Made by a program: the position numbers and the translations under genes. Of a DNA stretch of 64,000 bases, positions 19,048-27,953 are shown one piece after another. A model generated the notes under the pieces. It saw nothing but the letters and a program-made list of their open reading frames with translations. It had not been told where the DNA came from and made no database searches. Where the stretch lies: the NCBI GenBank assembly GCA_016874735.1, contig VGTI01000001.1:276466-340465 (forward strand). Reading direction: 5' to 3'. Numbering within the stretch: the stretch's first letter is position 1; the number at the start of each line of letters is the position of its first letter. The stretch comes from Deltaproteobacteria bacterium. Lineage in GTDB: Bacteria; Bdellovibrionota_B; Oligoflexia; Oligoflexales; CAIYRB01.

Positions 19048-20616
19048 ATGATTACCGACGTCAGTGCGCGTATGCCGTGGATCCGCGGTCGGATTTTGAT
19101 AGGCGGTGAAATCGTCTCAAAAGGCTACGCGACGCGTGAAGTTTACAGCCAGTGTAGCGAGGACGGACAACCGGTCTTAATTGGTGAGACGCCCAATGTG
19201 GACGCTGACACTTTGATGTTGGCTGTAGATGCGGCGTCGAGGGCCTGGAATCGCGGTCAGGGCGCGTGGGCGCTGGCCCGGATGGAAGAGCGTTTGCACG
19301 CGCTCAGCGTTTTTAGGGAGAAAATGTGCGCCGCGCGCGGCATGGTGTGTCGCTCGCTCATGTGGGAGATCGGCAAAACCTGGGCCGATGCTCAAGGTGA
19401 GTTTGATCGCACGATCCAATACATAGACGATACGGTTGAGGAGGTTAAAAGGCTGGACCGGGACTCAAGCCGGTTTCAGTTTGTCGGTGGGCTTATGGCA
19501 CAAATCCGCCGGGCCCCGCTGGGAGTGACATTGTGCATGGGACCATTCAACTACCCTCTTAACGAAACCTTCACAACACTCATCCCGGCTTTAGTCATGG
19601 GTAACACTGTGGTCGTAAAGATGCCACGCTACGGTCAGTTGCTGTGGGATTATTTGCTCGACGGATTTCAAGAGGCTTTTCCTCCCGGTGTGGTGAACAT
19701 CGTTAATGGAGCCGGGCGTAATATTGTTGGACCGGCGATACAAAGCGGCAAGATCGATGTTCTGGCCTTTATCGGATCAAGCTCGGTAGCAAATAAAATA
19801 AAATTGTCGCATCCGAATCCGCATCGTTTGCGGAGCATTCTTGGGCTCGATGCAAAAAATCCAGCTATACTTCTACCTGATGCCACTGTTGACGTTGCTG
19901 CCACCGAATGTGTACGTGGAGCGCTGTCGTTCAACGGTCAGCGCTGTACGGCATTAAAGATGATCTTTGTACACCGTTCTATCGCTCACGAGTTTCACGA
20001 AGCCCTCGTGCAAAAAGTTGAGAGTTTGCCGCGCGGCATGCCTTGGGATCCAAACGTACAGTTGACGCCCTTGCCCGATGCAGGAAAGCCGGCTTATTTG
20101 GTCGATCTGATCACCGATGCCGTTAAATTAGGAGCGGTTTTAGCGAATCCTGGGCGCGGTGGTAAGGTCGCGGGGACGCTCTTTCACCCCGCTGTGTTGA
20201 CGGATGTGCCGCTAACCGCGAAAATTGCCATGGAAGAGCAATTTGGCCCGGTGATTCCTGTGCACACCTACGATGATTTGGCCGCAGTGGAGGAGTATAT
20301 CGTCGCATCTCAATACGGCGCTCAAGTCAGCATTTTCGGTCACGATCCGGAAGTTGTGGGTCCTCTGGTCGATCGTCTGGTGAATCAAGTGTGCCGCATT
20401 AATTTGAATGCTCAATGCCAGCGTGGTCCGGACGTCTTTCCATTCACCGGGCGCAAGAGCTCGGCAGAGGGTACGCTCAGCGTGCACGATGCACTGCGCT
20501 CTTTTAGTATTCGGTCTATGGTAGCGACTAAACAGGATAGCGTCGGAAAGGCAGTAGTGCGGGGCATACTCGACAGAGATTCGTCGCGCTTTTTGACAAC
20601 GAATTTCTTGCTCTAA
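19048..20616 (+). CDS. gapN: non-phosphorylating NADP-dependent glyceraldehyde-3-phosphate/aldehyde dehydrogenase (GapN-like)
   Basis: ALDH fold: GPFNYPLN, catalytic FNGQRCTALK, EEQFGPVIPV, and the GapN-like C-terminus QRGPDVFPFTGRKSS. Confidence 0.75.
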   Translation: MITDVSARMPWIRGRILIGGEIVSKGYATREVYSQCSEDGQPVLIGETPNVDADTLMLAVDAASRAWNRGQGAWALARMEERLHALSVFREKMCAARGMVCRSLMWEIGKTWADAQGEFDRTIQYIDDTVEEVKRLDRDSSRFQFVGGLMAQIRRAPLGVTLCMGPFNYPLNETFTTLIPALVMGNTVVVKMPRYGQLLWDYLLDGFQEAFPPGVVNIVNGAGRNIVGPAIQSGKIDVLAFIGSSSVANKIKLSHPNPHRLRSILGLDAKNPAILLPDATVDVAATECVRGALSFNGQRCTALKMIFVHRSIAHEFHEALVQKVESLPRGMPWDPNVQLTPLPDAGKPAYLVDLITDAVKLGAVLANPGRGGKVAGTLFHPAVLTDVPLTAKIAMEEQFGPVIPVHTYDDLAAVEEYIVASQYGAQVSIFGHDPEVVGPLVDRLVNQVCRINLNAQCQRGPDVFPFTGRKSSAEGTLSVHDALRSFSIRSMVATKQDSVGKAVVRGILDRDSSRFLTTNFLL

Positions 20617-20637
20617 TTAACAAAGTGGTCGCATAGG

Positions 20638-20658
20638 GTCGCATCACTTCGATGCGAC
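20638..20658. terminator. hairpin between gapN and a small convergent ORF
   Basis: GTCGCATC-acttc-GATGCGAC followed by TTTACC on the plus strand. It overlaps the stop of the small minus-strand ORF. Confidence 0.4.
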
Positions 20659-20814
20659 TTTACCTTGGATGCGGCGCATTAATTTCGTGAGCGACGAACC
20701 CGTTTGGCCGATGGGCATGAGTTCACGGCGCGCTGTGGGGCGAGGCTTCGAGGCTTTGATGCGTGCTTCTAGTTCGTAGGCGCTCTGGAACATCGTCTTA
20801 GTCGTCCTTGTCAT
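20644..20814 (-). CDS. possible small protein (56 aa, below the ORF-track cutoff)
   Basis: My own translation: MTRTTKTMFQSAYELEARIKASKPRPTARRELMPIGQTGSSLTKLMRRIQGKVASK. No convincing SD, and it ends in the hairpin above. Confidence 0.2.
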   Translation of the reverse strand: MTRTTKTMFQSAYELEARIKASKPRPTARRELMPIGQTGSSLTKLMRRIQGKVASK

Positions 20815-20937
20815 TAGTCAGGCCAATGTGGCTTGAATCGTGGCTGACTTAGACATATTAGCTCCAGGTTCCGACCAAGTGTTAGACTTGGCCGGCCAGT
20901 CATGATGACTTAGTGAAAAAAAAGCGAGCAGTGCCGC

Positions 20938-23547
20938 ATGACAACTGCGACAAAGTTGCCTATCACCCCATTTTTGGCAGAGATTACAGGTTCTTTGAGT
21001 AGCCGTGGGATAGCTATAGTCAAGGCCGAGCCCGGGGCTGGTAAGACGACGCAGCTACCGCGCGCCCTCCTCGACGCGGTGCGTGGGCGGATCGTCGTGC
21101 TGGAGCCAAGGCGTCTTGCCGCCAGGCTCTCTGCCGAGAGGATCGCTCAGGAGATGGGCGAAGCCTGTGGGGAGACCGTTGGCTATAGCATCAGGTTTGG
21201 CTCCAAACAGTCAGGTAGGACCCGCGTCCTGTTCGTGACGGAGGGAGTGTTCCTTCGACTGTTGCAGGATGATCCCGAACTGCGCGGCGTTGAGGCTGTA
21301 GTCATAGACGAGTTTCATGAGCGCCACCTCCACACGGATCTTGCTTTGGCTGCGGTCGCGGCGCTGCGGCAGTCGCGGCGAGCCGATCTTAAGCTGGTGG
21401 TCATGTCGGCAACTCTAGATACAAGGTCGCTCGAGCAGTTTCTCCCGGGGGCGGCCGTCTTTGATATCCCAGGGCGTACCTTTCCCGTGACCATCGACTA
21501 TCTGACGGGACTAGAAAACCATCCCATCGAGGAGCAGGTAGTGAGTGCGACCAAGAGGATGACCGAGGATCCTCGTTGCCAAGGTGACATCTTGGTGTTT
21601 CTGCCGGGGATGCAGGATATCCGGAGATGCGCCGAAAGGCTGGCGCAAACTCTGAGAGATCAGGTCAGCCCGTTGCCTCTGGCTGCAGACCTTTCACCAG
21701 CTGAACAGGCAAGAGTCTTTGCCCCCAGCGCCAAGCGTAAAGTCATACTTGCCACTAACGTGGCAGAGACTTCGCTCACGATTCCAGGCGTCACGGGCGT
21801 GATTGATGTGGGTTTAGCCAAGATCGCCGGACATGCCGCATGGAGCGGCATTGCCACCCTCGACGTCAAAAAGATCAGCCAAGCCGCTGCGATTCAGCGT
21901 AGCGGACGTGCCGGACGGATGGCCCCTGGAGTGGCCTACCGGCTGTATAGTGAAGGCGATTTTTTAGGTCGCCAGCCATTCACGGCACCGGACATCCGCC
22001 GGTTGGACTTGGCCGAGGTGTTTCTCACGGTACAAGACCTGCGTGACCGCAGTGGTCTACCGGTTGCTCGATTTGACGTGGCTCTGCCCTGGTTTGAGGC
22101 CCCGATGGAGGCGGCGGTAGTGTCGGCGCGGCAGCTACTCAGGCAGCTCGGAGCCATCACTGATACCGATCAGATTACAATTCGCGGACGCAGCATGGCG
22201 CGGCTCCCGTTCCACCCGCGCCTCTCTGCCATCATCGTCGCCGGCCAAGAGGCAGGATGCGGCGAGGCAGCGCTTGCGGCAGCGACACTGATCAGCGAGG
22301 GCATGGTTTTTAAGCGCGGCGCGCAGCCGGCCGTCAGGACAGACTGTGATCTAAGGCTTCAGATAGACGCAGTTGCGAGACTCGAGGCTGGGGCTAGACT
22401 AGCACCGGCGACGCTAGCGGCCGCGATAGATATGGGCAAGGTAAAACATGTCGTGTCTGTTTATCGCCAGCTAGCTGGACGACTTAAACTTGGCGATTGG
22501 CCCGGACCGGGTCTAGCCGACGATGAGCGCTTGACCAAGTGCCTACTCGCGGGATTTCCCGATCGCGTGGCGAAAAAGCGTAACCTGCCTCAAAATTCGA
22601 GCAGGAATCAGCCACCTCTGTACAACTTCTGCCTAGGTCGAGGTGGTTATTTAGGTGAATCTTCGACCGTGCGTGATGCTTCCTTTATCTTGGTCTTTGA
22701 CGCTTCCGAGGCTGCAAGTCGCAGTGCCGATCGTGGTGTGATGATTTTTGCCGCCTCGGCCCTGTCTCCTGCTGTGTTGCAGGATGGGACCAGTACTTTG
22801 GTGATGCATCGGACGCAGCCCATTTGGGTCGACGATGGATCTCGAGCAGATGTCTTTGAGCAGGTGAAGTACGGCGAGCTTATTGTGTCTGAGGCGCGGT
22901 TGCCAGCATCTAGTCATTACGCTGCGCAACTGGAGGAGCTACTGCGCGCCAAACTGGCGGAAGTTTGGCCAAAACCGTTTGACGACGATAGTGATCTTGT
23001 CAGCTACCATGCACGCCTTGCTTGGCTGGTGCAAGCGGGTGAAGGTGAGGGTTTTCCGACCTTTGACGGGGAGATGCTGGAGCTTTTGCAGGCCGAAATT
23101 TGTGGGGGCAAGCGCAGTTTCAAGGACATCCTTGAGCGCTCACTCGGGTCCTACATCGAAGAGCAGTTATCCTACGCGCAGCAAGAGGCGCTTCGGCGTG
23201 GAGCACCGACGGAGCTGAAACTGGCCAATGGGCGGCGCCTCAAGGTTCACTATGAACTGCACAGGGATCCTTATATATCTGGATTTGTTCAGGATTTTTA
23301 TGGGTTGACCGAGACCCCGCGCCTTGCTGGAAAAACCGGCCTCACTGTGCAGGTGCTTGGCCCCAACCGCCGTCCCCTGCAGGTGACTGGTGATTTGGCG
23401 GGATTTTGGCAGCGGCACTACCCAGCCTTGAGGGCGGAATTGGGGCGCAAATATCCTAAGCACTTTTGGCCAGAGCAACCAGCGACGGCTGGGCCCTTTT
23501 TGTACTACAATCAAATGCTAAAAGGACAACGTCCAGAGTCGCAATGA
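20938..23547 (+). CDS. hrpB: ATP-dependent DEAH-box helicase HrpB
   Basis: GAGKTTQLP Walker A, DEFHER box, SATL, TNVAETSLTIPG, QRSGRAGR, and a long HrpB-type C-terminal domain (869 aa). Confidence 0.9.
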   Translation: MTTATKLPITPFLAEITGSLSSRGIAIVKAEPGAGKTTQLPRALLDAVRGRIVVLEPRRLAARLSAERIAQEMGEACGETVGYSIRFGSKQSGRTRVLFVTEGVFLRLLQDDPELRGVEAVVIDEFHERHLHTDLALAAVAALRQSRRADLKLVVMSATLDTRSLEQFLPGAAVFDIPGRTFPVTIDYLTGLENHPIEEQVVSATKRMTEDPRCQGDILVFLPGMQDIRRCAERLAQTLRDQVSPLPLAADLSPAEQARVFAPSAKRKVILATNVAETSLTIPGVTGVIDVGLAKIAGHAAWSGIATLDVKKISQAAAIQRSGRAGRMAPGVAYRLYSEGDFLGRQPFTAPDIRRLDLAEVFLTVQDLRDRSGLPVARFDVALPWFEAPMEAAVVSARQLLRQLGAITDTDQITIRGRSMARLPFHPRLSAIIVAGQEAGCGEAALAAATLISEGMVFKRGAQPAVRTDCDLRLQIDAVARLEAGARLAPATLAAAIDMGKVKHVVSVYRQLAGRLKLGDWPGPGLADDERLTKCLLAGFPDRVAKKRNLPQNSSRNQPPLYNFCLGRGGYLGESSTVRDASFILVFDASEAASRSADRGVMIFAASALSPAVLQDGTSTLVMHRTQPIWVDDGSRADVFEQVKYGELIVSEARLPASSHYAAQLEELLRAKLAEVWPKPFDDDSDLVSYHARLAWLVQAGEGEGFPTFDGEMLELLQAEICGGKRSFKDILERSLGSYIEEQLSYAQQEALRRGAPTELKLANGRRLKVHYELHRDPYISGFVQDFYGLTETPRLAGKTGLTVQVLGPNRRPLQVTGDLAGFWQRHYPALRAELGRKYPKHFWPEQPATAGPFLYYNQMLKGQRPESQ

Positions 23548-23559
23548 TAGGGGTATGGC

Positions 23560-24588
23560 ATGTCTCTCGTGCGTGTTAAGGCTTCGTTAGCAGCGTCATT
23601 TTGCCTCGGCTTGAGTATGTTATCAGTGCCGGCTGCGGCAGCCAGAAGTATGGGTGATGCAAAAGATCTGGGACAATTGACGCAGCTTAAAATCAAATCG
23701 ACTGCTGCACTCGTCATGGATCTCGACACGAATACAACGCTTTTTGAACGCGACGCCGATGTAGTCCGGCCCATCGCAAGTATATCGAAGATTTTTGGTG
23801 CCTTGGTCATTGCCGAAGAGTGTAAACTTGATCCTGACGGCTTGCATGAGATGTCGCCGTCCAATCGCGATGCCGCTAGGGGCGGCGACAAAACTAAACT
23901 AACTACTGGTTGGAGTTATTCGCACCGCGACCTGTTACATGCCGCCCTAATGAGATCTGATAATAGAGCATTACCGGCTTTGGCTGAGGCCTGTGGCTTA
24001 GATCCGGCGGCACTTGCTAACAAGATGACGGAGCGCGCGCGCAAGATGGGTCTCGTTAAAACCTCGTTTAAAGAACCCGACGGGCTATCGCCGGAGAACG
24101 TATCGACGGCTCGCGAGGTCATGGTGGCTCTTAAAGAAACGATGCGTAATCCGATGCTAACCGAAATTATGGCTAAGCCCGAATACGTACTCGTGGCACA
24201 CAAAGGCGAGCGCACCCGTGATATAAAAATCAAGAATACGGATCGTCTTCTATCAAAAAACATAGCGCAAATACTCGCCGGTAAAACTGGTTATACGGAC
24301 ATAGCGCGCTACTGTTTGGCCGTTGCTGCCAAAACTTTTGAAGGGCGTCAACTCGGTATGGTTTTTCTCGGCGCCGAAGGTAAACACACGCGCTTTGCTG
24401 ATTTCACGCGCGTGATCAAGTGGTTGACATCTAACGAGGCTATCGCCGCGGCAAGTAAATCCAGCGTTAATAGTGGTAATCGTGATGCCGATATCAATGG
24501 GTCGGCCGCGGCATCTGGTGCAGTCGGCAAGAAAGATGTCATGCAAATTCCCCTAAAGCCTGAGGCCACATCGGTCGAGGTTGAGTGA
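23560..24588 (+). CDS. D-alanyl-D-alanine carboxypeptidase/endopeptidase (peptidase S11 PBP)
   Basis: Signal peptide. SxxK (ASISKIF), SxN (RSDNRA) and KTG (GKTGYT) motifs. Confidence 0.8.
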   Translation: MSLVRVKASLAASFCLGLSMLSVPAAAARSMGDAKDLGQLTQLKIKSTAALVMDLDTNTTLFERDADVVRPIASISKIFGALVIAEECKLDPDGLHEMSPSNRDAARGGDKTKLTTGWSYSHRDLLHAALMRSDNRALPALAEACGLDPAALANKMTERARKMGLVKTSFKEPDGLSPENVSTAREVMVALKETMRNPMLTEIMAKPEYVLVAHKGERTRDIKIKNTDRLLSKNIAQILAGKTGYTDIARYCLAVAAKTFEGRQLGMVFLGAEGKHTRFADFTRVIKWLTSNEAIAAASKSSVNSGNRDADINGSAAASGAVGKKDVMQIPLKPEATSVEVE

Positions 24589-24589
24589 T

Positions 24590-25186
24590 ATGTCCTCATT
24601 CGTGAGTGACTACAGTATTAAAGCTATGGAGCTCCTTGAGGAGGCACAGACTGCCACCGACGAGTTTGCTGCAAAGACGCAAATCAAATGCCGCGAAGGC
24701 TGCGGCCAGTGCTGTTTGAAGCCAGGCATTGAAGTGCAGGTGGTAGAGATGCTACCGCTTGCTATGTCACTCGTAGAAAACAGCGAGGCCGACAAGTGGT
24801 ATGACCAGGCCGCACGAGATCCCTCGGGGCGCTGTGTGTTTTATGCCCCTGATCCACGTGACGAGACCTTAGGAAGGTGCCAGCAATATGCGCTGCGCCC
24901 TAGTCTTTGCCGCCTTTTTGGATTTGCTGCTGTGAGCACAAAAGATACTAAGCATCCAGCATTAGCCGCCTGTTTTTGGCATAAAAGATTACAGCCGGAG
25001 ACAGTGGCGGCCGCGCAAACGGCTATCGACAATGGCACCGAGGTGCCGTTGTTCGCTGATTTTCACATGCGGATGTTTGCGTTGGCGCCGACCCCAAGCT
25101 TGAGCGAGATCATGCCCATCAACCAGGCGTTGATGTTTGCTATCGAGAAGGTTGAGCTGCTGGCGCGCCAAAAAGACGCGAAATAA
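24590..25186 (+). CDS. YkgJ-family (UPF0153) cysteine-cluster protein
   Basis: CREGCGQCC motif plus later Cys residues. The ORF track starts at TTG 24581; ATG 24590 has GAGG 9 nt upstream. Confidence 0.7.
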   Translation: MSSFVSDYSIKAMELLEEAQTATDEFAAKTQIKCREGCGQCCLKPGIEVQVVEMLPLAMSLVENSEADKWYDQAARDPSGRCVFYAPDPRDETLGRCQQYALRPSLCRLFGFAAVSTKDTKHPALAACFWHKRLQPETVAAAQTAIDNGTEVPLFADFHMRMFALAPTPSLSEIMPINQALMFAIEKVELLARQKDAK

Positions 25187-25426
25187 ACCAGCACAAAAAA
25201 GATCGGCCAGGTACCTCTGAGATTCAAGCCCCCCCGAGCTTTTGTCACAGTGTCCTGGCCTATTTCTAAGTTACATGGCGTACAGGTTTTGAGCAAGTTT
25301 TTTTTGACACTTCCCATACTTCGCGGGTTCTAACCACCCGATACTGCTGCCTTCTTTGTGTCTTATGGGGCCTAAATGACTGCCTTGATCCTCCCAATGT
25401 GAGTCATCCTTATATTTGGTGGGAGC

Positions 25427-25454
25427 ATTGACAGGTGGCGATCGCACCATATCT
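25427..25454 (+). promoter_or_regulatory. sigma-70-like promoter candidate for lon
   Basis: TTGACA, 16 nt, TATCTT. About 40 nt upstream of the lon ATG. Confidence 0.3.
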
Positions 25455-25496
25455 TTACCAAGTGCAAGTGGCTCTAAAGGTTGAGCGAGGTCCAAC

Positions 25497-27875
25497 ATGG
25501 AATTTGAGCAAACGAAAAAGTATCCGGTACTTCCAACCCGCAACGTTGTCATCTTTCCCGGCACCACACTGCCACTGAATATCGGGCGTCCACGCAGCGT
25601 TGCTGCTATTGAGGCAGCCAATGAGCGCGATGGGCTCATCATTGCCTTAGCGCAAAAGGCTGAAGTCAGCGGCGATCCTGGGAGCGAAGATGTATTTGCC
25701 GTGGGTACCCTGTGCAAAGTCGAAAAGATGCGCGGCTCAGCCGAAAGCGGTTACCAGGTCCTGGTGCGCGGGGTAGCGCGCGTGAAGGTCAACCAGTTTG
25801 AACAAGTGGAACAGTTCATAGAGGCGTTGGCGGAGGAGTCACTGGACGTCGAAGATGCCGACGACAAATCGCTCGAGGCTCTTGTTGCCAACGTCAAAAC
25901 TATGGCGCGGGACATACTCCAGCTGATCCCTGGAGATACGCGACAAGTAGTTGAACTGATCAATGGGCTCGACGACGCCGCCCTCTTAATGAACTTATGC
26001 GCTGAATACCTTGAGGTTCCTCTCACTACTAAACAGGAGCTGCTAGAGACCGTTTCCGTGCGCGCTCGCGCCCTGCGGCTTTTGGAGCTCATGCAAACGC
26101 AAAAAGAGGCGTTGCAGCTACAAAGCGAAATCCGTGAAAAACTGTCGACAAAAATGGGGAAAATGCAGCGCGAGGCGATCCTCCGAGAGCAAATGCGCGC
26201 GATCAAAGAGGAACTCGGCGAGGATGAATCAGGGAAATCGCGCGACGATTATGTCGATAGAGTCGGCAAGTCGAAGATGCCCGAGGCGGTCAAGAAGATT
26301 GCAGCCGATGAGGCTAAGCGCCTAGCTGATCTTGGTAGCTCATCACCAGAAACGCATGTGGTTCGTAATTATCTAGACCTTCTACTAGCCATGCCATGGG
26401 ACGAGAGCACGGTCGATAATCTCGATTTAGATCAGGCGCGTACCCTACTTGATGCAGAACATTACGGTCTCGAGAAGATCAAACGGCGCATCATTCAGCA
26501 TCTGGCAGTCTTAAAACTGAAGAATGATCGTCGCGGCTCCATTCTGCTCTTTGTTGGTCCACCTGGGGTGGGCAAAACTAGCTTAGGTCAAAGCGTAGCT
26601 AAGGCCCTTGGTCGGAAGTTTGTCCGGGTAAGCCTGGGCGGTGTAAGGGATGATGCTGAGATCCGCGGTCATAGACGCACATACGTCGGTGCGATGCCGG
26701 GGCGCATTGTTCAGGGGATCAAACGAGCTGCTGTTAATAACCCTGTGTTTATGCTCGATGAGATCGACAAACTTGGACGCGGCTTTGCTGGGGATCCGGC
26801 GGCAGCCTTGTTGGAGGTTTTAGACCCAGAGCAAAATGCGACTTTTTCCGATCACTACCTTGATGTGCCCTTTGATTTGTCGAAGGTATTCTTCATTGCG
26901 ACGGCCAATAACCTCGAGTCGATTCCTGGACCATTGTTAGACAGGATGGAGGTGATTGAACTTACCGGCTACACGACAGCCGAGAAATTGCATATTGCTA
27001 AGAGCCATCTCATTCCCAAACAGCTAACTGAGCACGGCATCAAGCCATCTGAGCTGAGAATCGCTGATGATGCGCTGATGCGGATCATCACCCACTATAC
27101 GCGGGAAGCAGGCGTGAGGGATTTGGAACGCAAGGTTTCTGAAGCGATGCGTTTCATGACCGAAAAGGTGCTTGAAGCTAAGGGTGAACAGCTAGTGGTT
27201 GAGCTACGCGATCTTGAGGAAATCCTCGGTCCAGAGCGCTTTGTTCACGAGGTCGCCGAGCGGGTCTCACCCCCGGGCGTAGTGACTGGTCTAGCTTGGA
27301 CGCCGGTTGGAGGGGAAATCCTATTTATTGAGGCCAGTTTGATGCCAGGCTCCGGAAAGCTAACCCTTACGGGTCAGCTAGGTGACGTGATGAAGGAGTC
27401 GGCACAGATCGCCCTCAGTCTGGTGCGGTCTAACTTGCCAGCTTTTGTCCCAGGTTTTGATTACGAGAAGAAAGATATTCATATTCACGTTCCCTCAGGG
27501 GCTATCCCTAAGGACGGTCCGTCGGCAGGCGTTGCCATGCTGACCACTCTGGCCTCACTCTTCACCGGACGGCGTGTGAGCCCCGTGCTGGCAATGACGG
27601 GAGAGATCACGCTGCGGGGATCAGTGATGCCAGTGGGTGGGATCAAGGAAAAGGTCATGGCAGCGCACCGGGCAGGTATTGAGAGGGTCTTACTACCCAA
27701 GCGCAATGAGAAGGATCTGCGGGACGTACCAGAGGAGGTGAAGAGTAAACTTCAGTTCGTCTTTGTAGATACGGCTCAGGAGGTGCTCAAGGTGGCGCTT
27801 GATTTGGATGTGACGGTGCTGCCTGAAATCCAGCCGCACACGGCGCCGGCCGCAGCTTCGAATCCGGCACAGTAA
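25497..27875 (+). CDS. lon: ATP-dependent Lon protease
   Basis: LON N-domain, AAA+ module (GPPGVGKTS), and protease domain with PKDGPSAG catalytic Ser and the downstream Lys. Confidence 0.95.
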   Translation: MEFEQTKKYPVLPTRNVVIFPGTTLPLNIGRPRSVAAIEAANERDGLIIALAQKAEVSGDPGSEDVFAVGTLCKVEKMRGSAESGYQVLVRGVARVKVNQFEQVEQFIEALAEESLDVEDADDKSLEALVANVKTMARDILQLIPGDTRQVVELINGLDDAALLMNLCAEYLEVPLTTKQELLETVSVRARALRLLELMQTQKEALQLQSEIREKLSTKMGKMQREAILREQMRAIKEELGEDESGKSRDDYVDRVGKSKMPEAVKKIAADEAKRLADLGSSSPETHVVRNYLDLLLAMPWDESTVDNLDLDQARTLLDAEHYGLEKIKRRIIQHLAVLKLKNDRRGSILLFVGPPGVGKTSLGQSVAKALGRKFVRVSLGGVRDDAEIRGHRRTYVGAMPGRIVQGIKRAAVNNPVFMLDEIDKLGRGFAGDPAAALLEVLDPEQNATFSDHYLDVPFDLSKVFFIATANNLESIPGPLLDRMEVIELTGYTTAEKLHIAKSHLIPKQLTEHGIKPSELRIADDALMRIITHYTREAGVRDLERKVSEAMRFMTEKVLEAKGEQLVVELRDLEEILGPERFVHEVAERVSPPGVVTGLAWTPVGGEILFIEASLMPGSGKLTLTGQLGDVMKESAQIALSLVRSNLPAFVPGFDYEKKDIHIHVPSGAIPKDGPSAGVAMLTTLASLFTGRRVSPVLAMTGEITLRGSVMPVGGIKEKVMAAHRAGIERVLLPKRNEKDLRDVPEEVKSKLQFVFVDTAQEVLKVALDLDVTVLPEIQPHTAPAAASNPAQ

Positions 27876-27878
27876 GGA

Positions 27879-27952
27879 CTTACCTCTAGATCGACGATGG
27901 CTGAAATCCGTGATACCGTGAGTAGCCTTTTTTGACGTCATCTAGAGGTAAG
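27879..27952 (+). promoter_or_regulatory. 12-bp perfect inverted repeat predicted to sequester the RBS of the downstream helicase gene
   Basis: CTTACCTCTAGA (27879..27890, 4 nt after the lon stop) pairs with TCTAGAGGTAAG (27941..27952). The right arm contains GAGGTAAG, and the ATG is at 27954. The 50-nt loop contains AGCCTTTTTT. Confidence 0.45.
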
Positions 27953-27953
27953 C

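Noticed and set aside
25271-25717. 148-aa minus-strand ORF
   Set aside because: It is antisense to the lon 5' end and promoter region, has no motif, and the lon call is unambiguous.
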